From NCBI RefSeq assembly GCF_988243305.1, contig NZ_OZ547136.1: 64,000 bases of DNA. The stretch is one strand, 5' to 3'. Position numbers and translations under genes: made by a program. How positions within the stretch are numbered: the first letter of the stretch is position 1; every line of letters starts with the position of its first letter. Under the pieces are notes generated by a model that made no database searches, was not told the DNA's origin, and saw only the letters and a list, made by a program, of their open reading frames with translations. Of this stretch, positions 26,436-35,873 are shown piece by piece.

Positions 26436-26744
26436 ATGGGGGATAAAATGCCAGATCAATCCGGACACTGCAGGACTCCTTCACGCATCTTACGGATGCC
26501 TGAACTGAGCCAATTGTTAGGTATATCTCGTTCGACAATTTACGAAAAAATGAATCCGTTATCGAAATACTACGATGCAACCTTCCCCAGGCCGGTACGT
26601 CTTGGTAGTGGTTCTGTGGGCTGGCGTTCATCAGCTATTGACGAATGGCTTACTTTACATACTGTACCTGCCAGATCAGCAGTCAAAGGTGTTAATGACG
26701 AAGTGAGACATACGCTTTCTTCAGATATGACCATGAGCAGATAA
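26436..26744 (+). CDS. AlpA-family phage/island transcriptional regulator
   Basis: MPELSQLLGISRSTIYEKMNP HTH typical of AlpA-like proteins; true start may be internal. Confidence 0.7.
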   Translation: MGDKMPDQSGHCRTPSRILRMPELSQLLGISRSTIYEKMNPLSKYYDATFPRPVRLGSGSVGWRSSAIDEWLTLHTVPARSAVKGVNDEVRHTLSSDMTMSR

Positions 26745-26852
26745 GTTTTTGTCATCACGTGATCACCTCAGGAGGAAAAAGAAGCATAAGAACAATTTAG
26801 CCAGAAGTTTAATTGATAAACAAAATTTCCAGCATTCATTGTTGAAAGAGCA

Positions 26853-26906
26853 GCTATTGTCGCTATTGTCGCTATTGTCGCTATTGTCGCTATTGTCGCT
26901 ATTGTA
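26853..26906. repeat. Tandem 9-bp repeat array (gctattgtc, six units, last degenerate)
   Basis: Directly visible; a related degenerate copy lies at ~27351–27394. Confidence 0.85.
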
Positions 26907-26937
26907 GCGGTAATTGCTGCTATAACCGAAACGTATT

Positions 26938-27204
26938 ATGAAAAAGGAAGCATTTATGCCTTACATCAAACCGGATATGCCGTATTCAGTATATGCATGA
27001 CCATCAATGATAGGGAAGGCAATAATTAAAGCTCAATACAATAAACAAGTACCTCTGACTCTGGTTGCAATGTCAGTATTAACAGCGATGTCAATTGCCT
27101 GTCAGAATCAGGTTGACGTATGCAGTCCCGGAAATTTACGTGGGGCCGTTAATATTTACACTATGGTTCTGGAGAAAGGGAAAAGACCGGGGGAAAGGTA
27201 TTAG
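26938..27204 (+). pseudogene. Degenerate partial duplicate of the YfjI-like gene N-terminus
   Basis: MKKEAFMPYIKP ... then ORF 27007..27204 (AIIKAQYNKQVPLTLVAMSVLTAMSIACQNQVDVCSPGNL) parallels residues 1–70 of the downstream gene, with a frame break. Confidence 0.55.
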
Positions 27205-27404
27205 TGAAATAATTTCCGGAGGTATTAAGAATGAGAAATATGAATGATATTTCGTGGTGAATAATACAGTCTTCACTGAATTAACCTTATCGGTTTATTA
27301 AACATCAGATCTACAAATGCTCTGTATTTCTCAGAGCATCAGGTCTGAATAGCAGCTATTTTCGCTATTGTAGCGGGATTTGCTGCTATTTTACTAACCC
27401 ATTA

Positions 27405-28856
27405 ATGAAAAGAGAGGCTTTTATGTGCTTACTTGCACCAGAAAATCCTTATCCGATATATGCACTACCACCGCTGGTGAGAAATGCAATAATTGAAACT
27501 CAAAAAAATACACAGGCACCTTTGGCTATGGTGGCAACATCCGCATTAACAGCGATCTCAATTGCCTGTCAGAATCAGATTGACGTGTGCAGACCTGGAA
27601 ATTTACATGGGCCTGTTAATCTTTACTCTCTGATTCTGGCTGATTCCGGTGAAAGGAAAACGACCGTGGATAAAGTGTTTATGAAAGCATTTTATCTCAG
27701 GGATGAAGCCCTGGCGGATGAATACGCGAAACTGGTTGAGAATTACAGTACAGAAAAGGAAATATGGGAGCAAAAACAAAAAGCGCTGGAATCAAAATTT
27801 CATAAAGAGATTCGTGCCGGTAAAGATTACAAGGCAACAGAATCAGAGCTTGAAACGCATCTGAATAAACCTCCTGTTCCGCCGCAGATACGTCGAACAA
27901 TTTTTAATGAGACAACGATAGAGGGAATGTTAAAATATTACTCCGATAGCAATCGCTCTTTTGCTCTTGTATCCAGTGAAGGGGGGGTAATTTTTGACAG
28001 CCGGGCCATGAGTAAACTGGGAATTATTAACACTTTGTGGGATGGAGGTTCTCTTTTCATCGACAGGAAATCATCTCCCGGAATTAATTTGAAGGAGCCA
28101 AGACTGACGATATCGGTGATGATTCAGCCTGATGTTTACCACAAAGGTTTTTGTACGCGAAAAAAAGAAATTGTGAAAACGTCAGGACATCATGCAAGGT
28201 TTTTGATGTGTCAACCAACATCAACGCAGGGGACAAGGATAATAACCGGAGATAATTATTCATCACAGTATCAGGATTTGTTTGAAGAGAGGATCAATGA
28301 GCTTATTGATGAAAGTCTGGCGATGAGTGGTGAACGACGTTGCCTTCACTTTTCTCCTCAGGCTGCCAGAATCTGGACGGATTATTACAATGATGTGGAA
28401 TCGAAGCTGGGGGGATTGGGGCCTTTAAGACATTGCCGGGAATATGCTGCTAAAAATGCAGAGTATATGGCAAGACTGGCAGGACTTATTTACCATTCGA
28501 GCGGTGAAGAGGGGGAGATTTCCCCTTACACTGCAGAAATGGCGAGAGAATTAGCAATATGGTACGGTAATGAGTATGTGCGGTTGTCTAATCCGTTAAC
28601 TTTTGACAACTCTGCCCTGACCGTACCTGTGCGACTCATTCCAGAGGAGCTTGAACTTTTCAACTGGATAAAAAGCTATTGTATTGAGAAGGGGATCCTC
28701 TGTATGAAAAAAAATGACATTTTACAGCGTGGTCCGAACCGTTTCCGGAAAAAGGATAAAATCAACTGGTTACTGGATTTACTGTATGAACAAAACAGAG
28801 TTGTACCGGTTATTGAGGGAAAAACGTTGTGTGTCGCACCTAACTTTGACCTCTGA
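27405..28856 (+). CDS. YfjI-like island protein (DUF3987-like)
   Basis: 483-aa ORF matching the YfjI family of CP4-57-type elements by recalled similarity and position after alpA. Confidence 0.7.
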   Translation: MKREAFMCLLAPENPYPIYALPPLVRNAIIETQKNTQAPLAMVATSALTAISIACQNQIDVCRPGNLHGPVNLYSLILADSGERKTTVDKVFMKAFYLRDEALADEYAKLVENYSTEKEIWEQKQKALESKFHKEIRAGKDYKATESELETHLNKPPVPPQIRRTIFNETTIEGMLKYYSDSNRSFALVSSEGGVIFDSRAMSKLGIINTLWDGGSLFIDRKSSPGINLKEPRLTISVMIQPDVYHKGFCTRKKEIVKTSGHHARFLMCQPTSTQGTRIITGDNYSSQYQDLFEERINELIDESLAMSGERRCLHFSPQAARIWTDYYNDVESKLGGLGPLRHCREYAAKNAEYMARLAGLIYHSSGEEGEISPYTAEMARELAIWYGNEYVRLSNPLTFDNSALTVPVRLIPEELELFNWIKSYCIEKGILCMKKNDILQRGPNRFRKKDKINWLLDLLYEQNRVVPVIEGKTLCVAPNFDL

Positions 28857-29676
28857 ACGACTTAATCGTTGAGTACATATAGTCTCCTCTGCTACTTGCG
28901 GAGGAGACTAATGTCTTTACCATGTCAGCGTTGTATTAGAAAACTCTGGTACAGGTCAGTCAGTAAATATAACTGGTGTAACCACTATTTACTATTGGAT
29001 AGAGTGTTGCTCAGGATATTGTCGGCTTTAGTCTGAGGTGAGGTGGGGCCTTCATTGTTTTCGTGTTCAATAAATAATTTAGGTTAATTAGTATTATTAG
29101 TGGAAGTTATGTGATCTGTTATGTTGTCTTGTACGCACTTAACACTGGTTACGTACCGGAACACTATTAGAGTATGTTATGGCTCTGTTACAGTTTATAG
29201 GTATGAAAAAATATAATCTTTCCTGTATGAAATAATATTCTTATGGTGTGTGGGGTATGGTCTGTATACCATCATTTTTATGGTGAAGTTAAATATCTGT
29301 AGAGGCCTTAAGCTGGGTCGCTGTTTTTACTTAATGGTACAGAAGTATTAATAGCGGTGTTGCCTGTGGCTACCCGATACTGGCTTTTGTGAATGTCAGA
29401 TTACTTCCTGTAAGTGATTGAATGGTACTTCCTTAAACTCAATTCTATGAGGTGTGTTTTTACCATTGTAATTCGTACTGGTCCTCAGTTTAAGTGAGTC
29501 TTACTGTACTCTGAAATATTACCTCTTTGGAGTAATGAGGTAATACGAAACAGTTTTATCAGGTTGTCTGTGCTGCTGGTTACCTCGTTTATTAATGCCG
29601 CGGTACGGCGTTTCTGTACTCTCAGTATTTATGTAATTCCACCTTCCTGTAACTTTTATAAAGTAAGGACTATAAA

Positions 29677-30240
29677 ATGTATAATGCTAATCCCAATTAC
29701 GAAATGGACTTCATGATTCTGAAAGACGTGAATGAACACATGGAAGGTCTGTTTCAACGTTTTTCTAAACTGTTACCTTTCAGAATTGATTTTGCCTACA
29801 GGAAAGACACGCCCAGTTTTGGTCATTCCTGTAGGCACAGTATGTGTATTGAAATGCACCGCTTACTTAGTGAAACCCAAACGATGCTGGCGGGATATTA
29901 CTGGGTAATGGAATATACGTCAAACAAGGGACTTCATATTCATTTTATCGGCTACTTGGATGGGCAACGTCACAAGAAATTTTATCGGATATCCAGGCAA
30001 CTGGGAGATATCTGGAGTCGGATCACGGAAGGGGAGGGTTATTTTCACCTGTGCAGTACTAAAGACAAATACTCGGTGCGTATCGATCACGTGATTCACT
30101 ATAGTGATAAGTCTGCGGTAGACGGTTTACGTTACGCCCTTAGCTACCTGGCTAAACAGGATCAGAAAGAACACGGTATTATTCTGGGCCGTAGCAGGCT
30201 TCCCGAAAAAAGCAACCGGGGCCGACCACGACATAACTGA
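29677..30240 (+). CDS. YfjJ/YagK-like protein (inovirus Gp2-type putative replication initiator)
   Basis: 187-aa ORF; family assignment from recalled similarity and position after the YfjI-like gene. Confidence 0.6.
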   Translation: MYNANPNYEMDFMILKDVNEHMEGLFQRFSKLLPFRIDFAYRKDTPSFGHSCRHSMCIEMHRLLSETQTMLAGYYWVMEYTSNKGLHIHFIGYLDGQRHKKFYRISRQLGDIWSRITEGEGYFHLCSTKDKYSVRIDHVIHYSDKSAVDGLRYALSYLAKQDQKEHGIILGRSRLPEKSNRGRPRHN

Positions 30241-30902
30241 ATTACAGTTGTATTAGGTATTAAAATTAAGTTTCTGTAAGTTGTTGGGAGGTGCTTGAGT
30301 TAATAGGCAGAAGAGGGCGGGGCGCTTTGTCATCAGTGTAGGGGACCCGAATTTCTGCCGTGGTACCTCAGTGGATCGGATACAGGTAACGAATATGGTT
30401 CATAAATCTGACAGTGATGAATTAGCTGCACTGAGGGCAAACATAACTTGAAGCTTATGGGATTGAATGGCGACGTAAACCGCAGAGTCCTGTGCAGTGC
30501 GTTTCCGTATTATCCACGGATGAGAAAGTTGCGTTATTTTGTCGACTGTTTCGCGGGCGTGATGATGTATGGGCCCTTCGATGGGAAAGCAAAACCAGCG
30601 GCAAATCAGGGTACTTGCGGGCCTGTGCTAACGAATGGCAGCCGGGAATAGCGGTAAACTCCGGATAAAATGTGGGGACTGCGCTCACCGTCAGTTGATC
30701 CCTGTATCTGATCTCATCATCTACCACTACACGGTTTAACGGGGCCGCGTCATCTCGGCGTTGCCCGATAAATTCTTTTCTACGTATAATAACCAGAATG
30801 AACGTGTAAAACACCATAGTATTCAGAACTATAAACATCGAAACCTGCCATATTGACCAGAATAAATGACCTTATTTTTACTGAAATTTAAGGAGAACAC
30901 CG

Positions 30903-33900
30903 TTGGAAGTAGAAATGTGGGATGGTGGCTTACAAGAACAGGAAGTATTGGCTATCGAGAAAATAAAAGCTGCTTTTTCAGTCAACGTATCTAAGCCTGA
31001 CAAGCCTTTCCGTAGCGGTTCAATTAGTGAGCAGCTAAAAAGCTATGGTTTTATCGGCAATGAAATGTTCCCTTGGAAAGGTTATGCAGGTTTTCGATTT
31101 GTTGAGGCAAAAAAAGAGGGGGAATTCGATTTAGTTATTGTAACACACTGCAACGTGATCATTGTTGAACTGAAAGACTGGAACCATCAGCCTGTAACCG
31201 CACGCGGAGATACTTGGTTTAAAGGCGATAAGAACATGGGGCGCTCGCCAGTAAGCGTGACTCGTAGCAAAAAATTCATGCTGGACAAAAAACTCAAGCG
31301 TCTGGTAGACCGTTTTACGAACAAAGGCTATATCCCGATTGTTCATTTTTTTGTTGTGATGACCGGCAATGCAGATTTCAGCGCGCTGCCGGAGGAACAA
31401 CGGCGCCATACGATCTCGTTAAAAGATTTCCTGAAGTTTGCCGATCGCGGGAGCTTCAATAACTATTTCAAACCGCACCCAGCTACCAAGGTTCTTAACA
31501 AGGATTTCCATCTTTTCGATGATTTGTTCCTAGGGCCTCAGACGGCACCAAAAGCCTTGAGAGTTAATGGCTATGAAGCTAATGATATGATTTTCGAACA
31601 TCCTAAAAAGGTGTATCGAGAATATCTGGCAAAATCTGAGATATCAACGAACAGCGAAGCGCTACTCAGAGTATGGAATTTTAGAAATATAACGGGAACG
31701 AAAGCGAATACCCCGGAAGGACGAGCTCAGATTGTTTCACGTGAGCGCGAAGTGTTACAGCACATCAATCACCAGAATCGTGACCTGTATAACCACTGTC
31801 TCAGGTCTTTGACGAGTTTTCAGAAAGACGAGGTGACGGCCGAGTATAGCGAAGTCTACGAAGTTCCGCCGGGTCATGTCCGGTTTAATGAGTTTATCGG
31901 AAAATATGGTAAGAACTTTTCTGATATGGACCGCTTGAATGTGGTGAAACTGCTCATTGCAAAGTTTAGTGATCTCCATGAGATGAAAATTGCGCACAGG
32001 GATGTCGCCGATCACAGTCTGTGGATTTCACCTTCAAAAGAAGTTGCTCTTTCGAACTTTATTTCGGCTTACCACCAGCCAGCCGGAACGGTTGGCGATT
32101 ACCGTAAGCTTTTATCCGTAGGTGCAGTCCACGTAAAAGACATGCTTGATAAGGGCGAGCTTACGCCTTTTCAGCAAGATGTTCATACTCTGGGCCTTGT
32201 CGCCTGGCACTTATTTAGCGGTATGCGCATGTCGCCAAAGAGTCTGGAGAAAGTACAGGACAACATGCTAAACAGCCAGCACTGGTATTCATCTGTATTA
32301 CGGGATGCCGTTGCCGCAAAATTCACTTCTGCAACAGAATTCTTTGATGCCCTGAAACAAGCCGAACCTGCTGGCAAGGATATTCCAACATTTGATGATA
32401 CTGAGCTTGACCCTTACCGACATGCTATCAATCACGCTCGTCAATACCCGGAAGACGATGGCTTTCAGTTTCAGGTCGAAACAGTCGACAAAGAAGTCTA
32501 TATCTCGAAAGGAAGGCTCGTGAAGGCTTGGCTGAATGTTGGGGGACAGGGATACGATCCGTCAATTAATTTCCAGGTTCTGAAGTTTTTAAAGCAGGTT
32601 GAGCGGCTTTCTTCAGTTAAAACAACGTATCTACCTCAAATTCGTGAATTCGGTATCGCATCAAAATCATCAAGCCTATATATGGTCACGGATCAGGTAC
32701 AGGGAGAAACCTGGGATAAAATAGCGGTCCCCGATGATGAAAAAATCGACCTCATTGGTAAGTTTGTCGCCGCCGTTGAGCACTTACATGGTCTGGGTGT
32801 TTCTCACGGGGACATCCACCCTGGCAATGTGATATTTGAGACACAGAGCCGTTTGCTTTTTCTCATCGATATCCCCGATTTTTCACCGTCCGGTGACGAA
32901 CCTAAAAATCACAGTTACAGCCCTGAATACATTGATAATTGTACTTCTTTTGAACGTGACAACTATGCAGTGATGAAGATGTCCTGCGAGTTGCTAGGCA
33001 TGTCATGGGGGCTGGAATCAGACATTTATCCGACAATCGCGAATGCTATCCGAGCAGAGCTGGAAGATCCGGTTTTTGGGTTTAAGGATTTAGGCCGCTT
33101 TAAAAAAGCGATAGATAGTAATGACCTGGTGCCAGAACAAGACCTGATAGAGATTACTGCAGGAAATGCCGATGAAATAATCTCTATTCTGCCTGATAAC
33201 GGGCATCTGTATGTCAAAGTTAAGTCAAATCCTAAAGCGCCAGCTGAAGTAAATGTGACTTTCTCTGGGATTGGTGGCAGTTTTACTGCGGTGTTCAACA
33301 AAGATCAGAAGACGCTGGTTCATGGCTTCAGGCCACGGGCTCGCGTCACAATTCGTAAGCAAGATATTGATGAAAGCCAGTTCGAAATTGATACTGGCAT
33401 CAAGATTATTCCCGGCAGTCCGCAGGATCTGTCGGCGTTGACAGTATTGCTTAATGAAGAAGAATCTTTTGCGCGGGCAATCGAGTTGATTGCCGCAACT
33501 GAAGATGTTCAGGTACAAGAGCCACTTACGCTTCAGCTAAAAGATACCTTTGCAAGGCTTGATAAGCAGACGCTTGAACCTTCTTTAAGAGAAGTGCTGG
33601 AAATCCCAACAGTGAAACTGTGGCGCGCCATTCTGGATACTGAAACAGAATCTTATCCAAACATTGAAATCAGCGGTGAAGTGGTCCCGGTTGCAGATGC
33701 TCATGGAGAGCTTCTTCTCCCTTACTCTGCTGATGTTGATCCACTCGGTGCTTTCAGAAGTAGTGATGAAGTCGAAGCCTTACAGGTCGATCAGGAAGGT
33801 GTTGAGCGATTTATTGGTGAAGTGTCACTTAAGAAGTCAGAGCTCAAAGAGATTCGTCTTGTCAAAGTTAGTTCAGCAGCCTTCAAGCTGAAGGATTCTG

Positions 33901-35873
33901 ATATTGTCTTCTTCCGTACAAGGCCGACTCGTGCATCTTATCAGAAACGTAAACGCGCACTGGAACGTCTCCTAGATCGAGAAAGTGTGCTGCCTGACTT
34001 AATTGACTTGTTCGATCCATCCTGCAAACAGGCGGCTCAAAATTATGGTATCACTCTCAGCGATACCGATTTTGCCAGATACGACCGTGAAGATCAGCAC
34101 GGAAACAAGATCAGTCTGAATGAACAGCAAAGAAAGGCGTTTAACAAACTGGTCAATAATGGCCCTCTCTCCCTGCTTCAGGGGCCACCGGGGACCGGTA
34201 AAACCGAGTTCATCGCGGCCTTTGTTCACTACCTGATCGAGAAACAGAATACCAAACGCATTTTACTGGTCAGCCAGTCACACGAGGCTGTGAATACAGC
34301 GGCCGAGCGTATCAGAAAGCATTGTTCCCGGCTTGGTACAGAGTTGGACGTTGTCAGGTTCAGCAACCGAGAGGGAGCCGTTTCCCCTGGCTTAAAAGAT
34401 GTGTACTCACACGCAATCACAACAGAGAAGCGCGAACTCTTCAATGCTGAAATTAAGTACCGTGTTGAAGCATTGAGTGAAGCTATTGGTCTGGAGCCGG
34501 GATTTATTTCGGGTGTTGTTCTTGCAGAGCTCAATTTGTTCAGACAAATCGATCACCTTGAGAAATTGCTCTATCAGGTTAACAATTTAACGGATTCAAA
34601 TGAGAGCAATGAACTGAAAGATATTGCAGTCGAACTCGATTTTTCCATCCGCTCTAAGCTGAGTCAGGAGTATGGGATTAACTTGGACAATGGCGTGAAG
34701 GTCTCAGCAGCAAAAGACATTCTGATTTCCAAGCTATGTACAGAGTATGGTGTCAGACCTGATGAGGCAAGACGAGTAAAAGCATTAGCTAAAATATCCC
34801 GTGATATGCAGGATGCTATGTCGGGAGAGCGAGTGAACCTGGACGAGTTTTATTCGCGCTCCAGGCAGTTAGTGGCTGGCACATGCGTTGGTATTGGACA
34901 AGGGCACATTGGCATTCAGGAGAATATCTATGACTGGGTGATTATTGATGAGGCGGCGCGCTCGATTTCAAGTGAGCTGGCCATTGCAATGCAGTCAGCC
35001 CGGCGTGTCCTGTTGGTGGGTGACCACATGCAGCTTCCTCCATTGTACTCAGATGCCCACAAGGCGGCATTAGCGAGGAAGCTGGGTATCAATAACTCCC
35101 GCACTGAAATTGACGAGGTATTACGAAGTGACTTTGCCCGAGCCTTCAACTCTGCTTATGGTGCGCAGACGAGTGCAGCTTTGATGACCCAGTATCGTAT
35201 GGCTCCACCGATTGGTAATCTCGTATCGAAGACGTTTTATGACGGGAAGCTTCTGAATGGAGTACGGGCAATTCCGGATGTCTATCAGCAAGCTCCGGAA
35301 GCGTTACGTAGCGTTGTAACCTGGCTTGATACTGCTAATCAGGGCCACCGAGCACATCATCTTGAAGATCGCGGAACAAGCATTTACAACCGATGTGAAG
35401 CTGACGAGATTATTTCTGTTCTTAAACAGGTGTCAGAGAATGAAGAATTTGTCGCTAAGCTTTCAAAACTTGTTAGCAAAGATGAAGCCGCTATCGGCGT
35501 GATATGTATGTATGCCGAACAAAAGCGGTTACTCCGTCAGAAATTCAATCAGGAAATCTGGAGCGAGGGATTTAAGGACATTGTTAAAATTGACACTGTT
35601 GACAGTTATCAGGGAAAGGAAAATCGGATCATTATCCTGTCACTGACGCGTTCGGATAAGCAGCATAGCCCAGGTTTCTTACGCGTTCCAAACCGTATAA
35701 ATGTCGCGATGTCACGCGCAATGGATCGACTGTTGATTGTGGGTAATGCCGATATCTGGAAGGGAAACAATAAAGAATTGCCATTAGGCTACGTTGTAAG
35801 TTATATGGCTGAGCGAGGTCAGGAAGCTGGATACAGGTTCCTCTCTGCTCAGCAGGGAGGCAAAAAGAAATGA
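30903..35873 (+). CDS. Giant multidomain protein: NERD-like nuclease region, two protein-kinase-like regions, UPF1-like SF1 helicase (candidate defence effector)
   Basis: 1656-aa ORF; aggaga SD 6 nt before the TTG start (alternative ATG at 30915); FDLVIVTHCNVIIVELKDW; IAHRDVADHSLWI and VSHGDIHPGNVIF...LIDIPDF; helicase motifs GPPGTGKT, VIIDEAARS, LLVGDHMQLPP, VDSYQGKE, RINVAMSRA. Confidence 0.8.
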   Translation: MEVEMWDGGLQEQEVLAIEKIKAAFSVNVSKPDKPFRSGSISEQLKSYGFIGNEMFPWKGYAGFRFVEAKKEGEFDLVIVTHCNVIIVELKDWNHQPVTARGDTWFKGDKNMGRSPVSVTRSKKFMLDKKLKRLVDRFTNKGYIPIVHFFVVMTGNADFSALPEEQRRHTISLKDFLKFADRGSFNNYFKPHPATKVLNKDFHLFDDLFLGPQTAPKALRVNGYEANDMIFEHPKKVYREYLAKSEISTNSEALLRVWNFRNITGTKANTPEGRAQIVSREREVLQHINHQNRDLYNHCLRSLTSFQKDEVTAEYSEVYEVPPGHVRFNEFIGKYGKNFSDMDRLNVVKLLIAKFSDLHEMKIAHRDVADHSLWISPSKEVALSNFISAYHQPAGTVGDYRKLLSVGAVHVKDMLDKGELTPFQQDVHTLGLVAWHLFSGMRMSPKSLEKVQDNMLNSQHWYSSVLRDAVAAKFTSATEFFDALKQAEPAGKDIPTFDDTELDPYRHAINHARQYPEDDGFQFQVETVDKEVYISKGRLVKAWLNVGGQGYDPSINFQVLKFLKQVERLSSVKTTYLPQIREFGIASKSSSLYMVTDQVQGETWDKIAVPDDEKIDLIGKFVAAVEHLHGLGVSHGDIHPGNVIFETQSRLLFLIDIPDFSPSGDEPKNHSYSPEYIDNCTSFERDNYAVMKMSCELLGMSWGLESDIYPTIANAIRAELEDPVFGFKDLGRFKKAIDSNDLVPEQDLIEITAGNADEIISILPDNGHLYVKVKSNPKAPAEVNVTFSGIGGSFTAVFNKDQKTLVHGFRPRARVTIRKQDIDESQFEIDTGIKIIPGSPQDLSALTVLLNEEESFARAIELIAATEDVQVQEPLTLQLKDTFARLDKQTLEPSLREVLEIPTVKLWRAILDTETESYPNIEISGEVVPVADAHGELLLPYSADVDPLGAFRSSDEVEALQVDQEGVERFIGEVSLKKSELKEIRLVKVSSAAFKLKDSDIVFFRTRPTRASYQKRKRALERLLDRESVLPDLIDLFDPSCKQAAQNYGITLSDTDFARYDREDQHGNKISLNEQQRKAFNKLVNNGPLSLLQGPPGTGKTEFIAAFVHYLIEKQNTKRILLVSQSHEAVNTAAERIRKHCSRLGTELDVVRFSNREGAVSPGLKDVYSHAITTEKRELFNAEIKYRVEALSEAIGLEPGFISGVVLAELNLFRQIDHLEKLLYQVNNLTDSNESNELKDIAVELDFSIRSKLSQEYGINLDNGVKVSAAKDILISKLCTEYGVRPDEARRVKALAKISRDMQDAMSGERVNLDEFYSRSRQLVAGTCVGIGQGHIGIQENIYDWVIIDEAARSISSELAIAMQSARRVLLVGDHMQLPPLYSDAHKAALARKLGINNSRTEIDEVLRSDFARAFNSAYGAQTSAALMTQYRMAPPIGNLVSKTFYDGKLLNGVRAIPDVYQQAPEALRSVVTWLDTANQGHRAHHLEDRGTSIYNRCEADEIISVLKQVSENEEFVAKLSKLVSKDEAAIGVICMYAEQKRLLRQKFNQEIWSEGFKDIVKIDTVDSYQGKENRIIILSLTRSDKQHSPGFLRVPNRINVAMSRAMDRLLIVGNADIWKGNNKELPLGYVVSYMAERGQEAGYRFLSAQQGGKKK

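Noticed and set aside
26853-26906. Possible CRISPR array
   Set aside because: Units are 9 bp, contiguous and without spacers, and no cas genes are nearby; this is a simple tandem repeat.
30455-30838. 127-aa minus-strand ORF between the YfjJ-like gene and the giant gene
   Set aside because: No recognisable features; the opposite-strand frame in the same segment looks more protein-like, so the segment is reported as a possible gene remnant instead.
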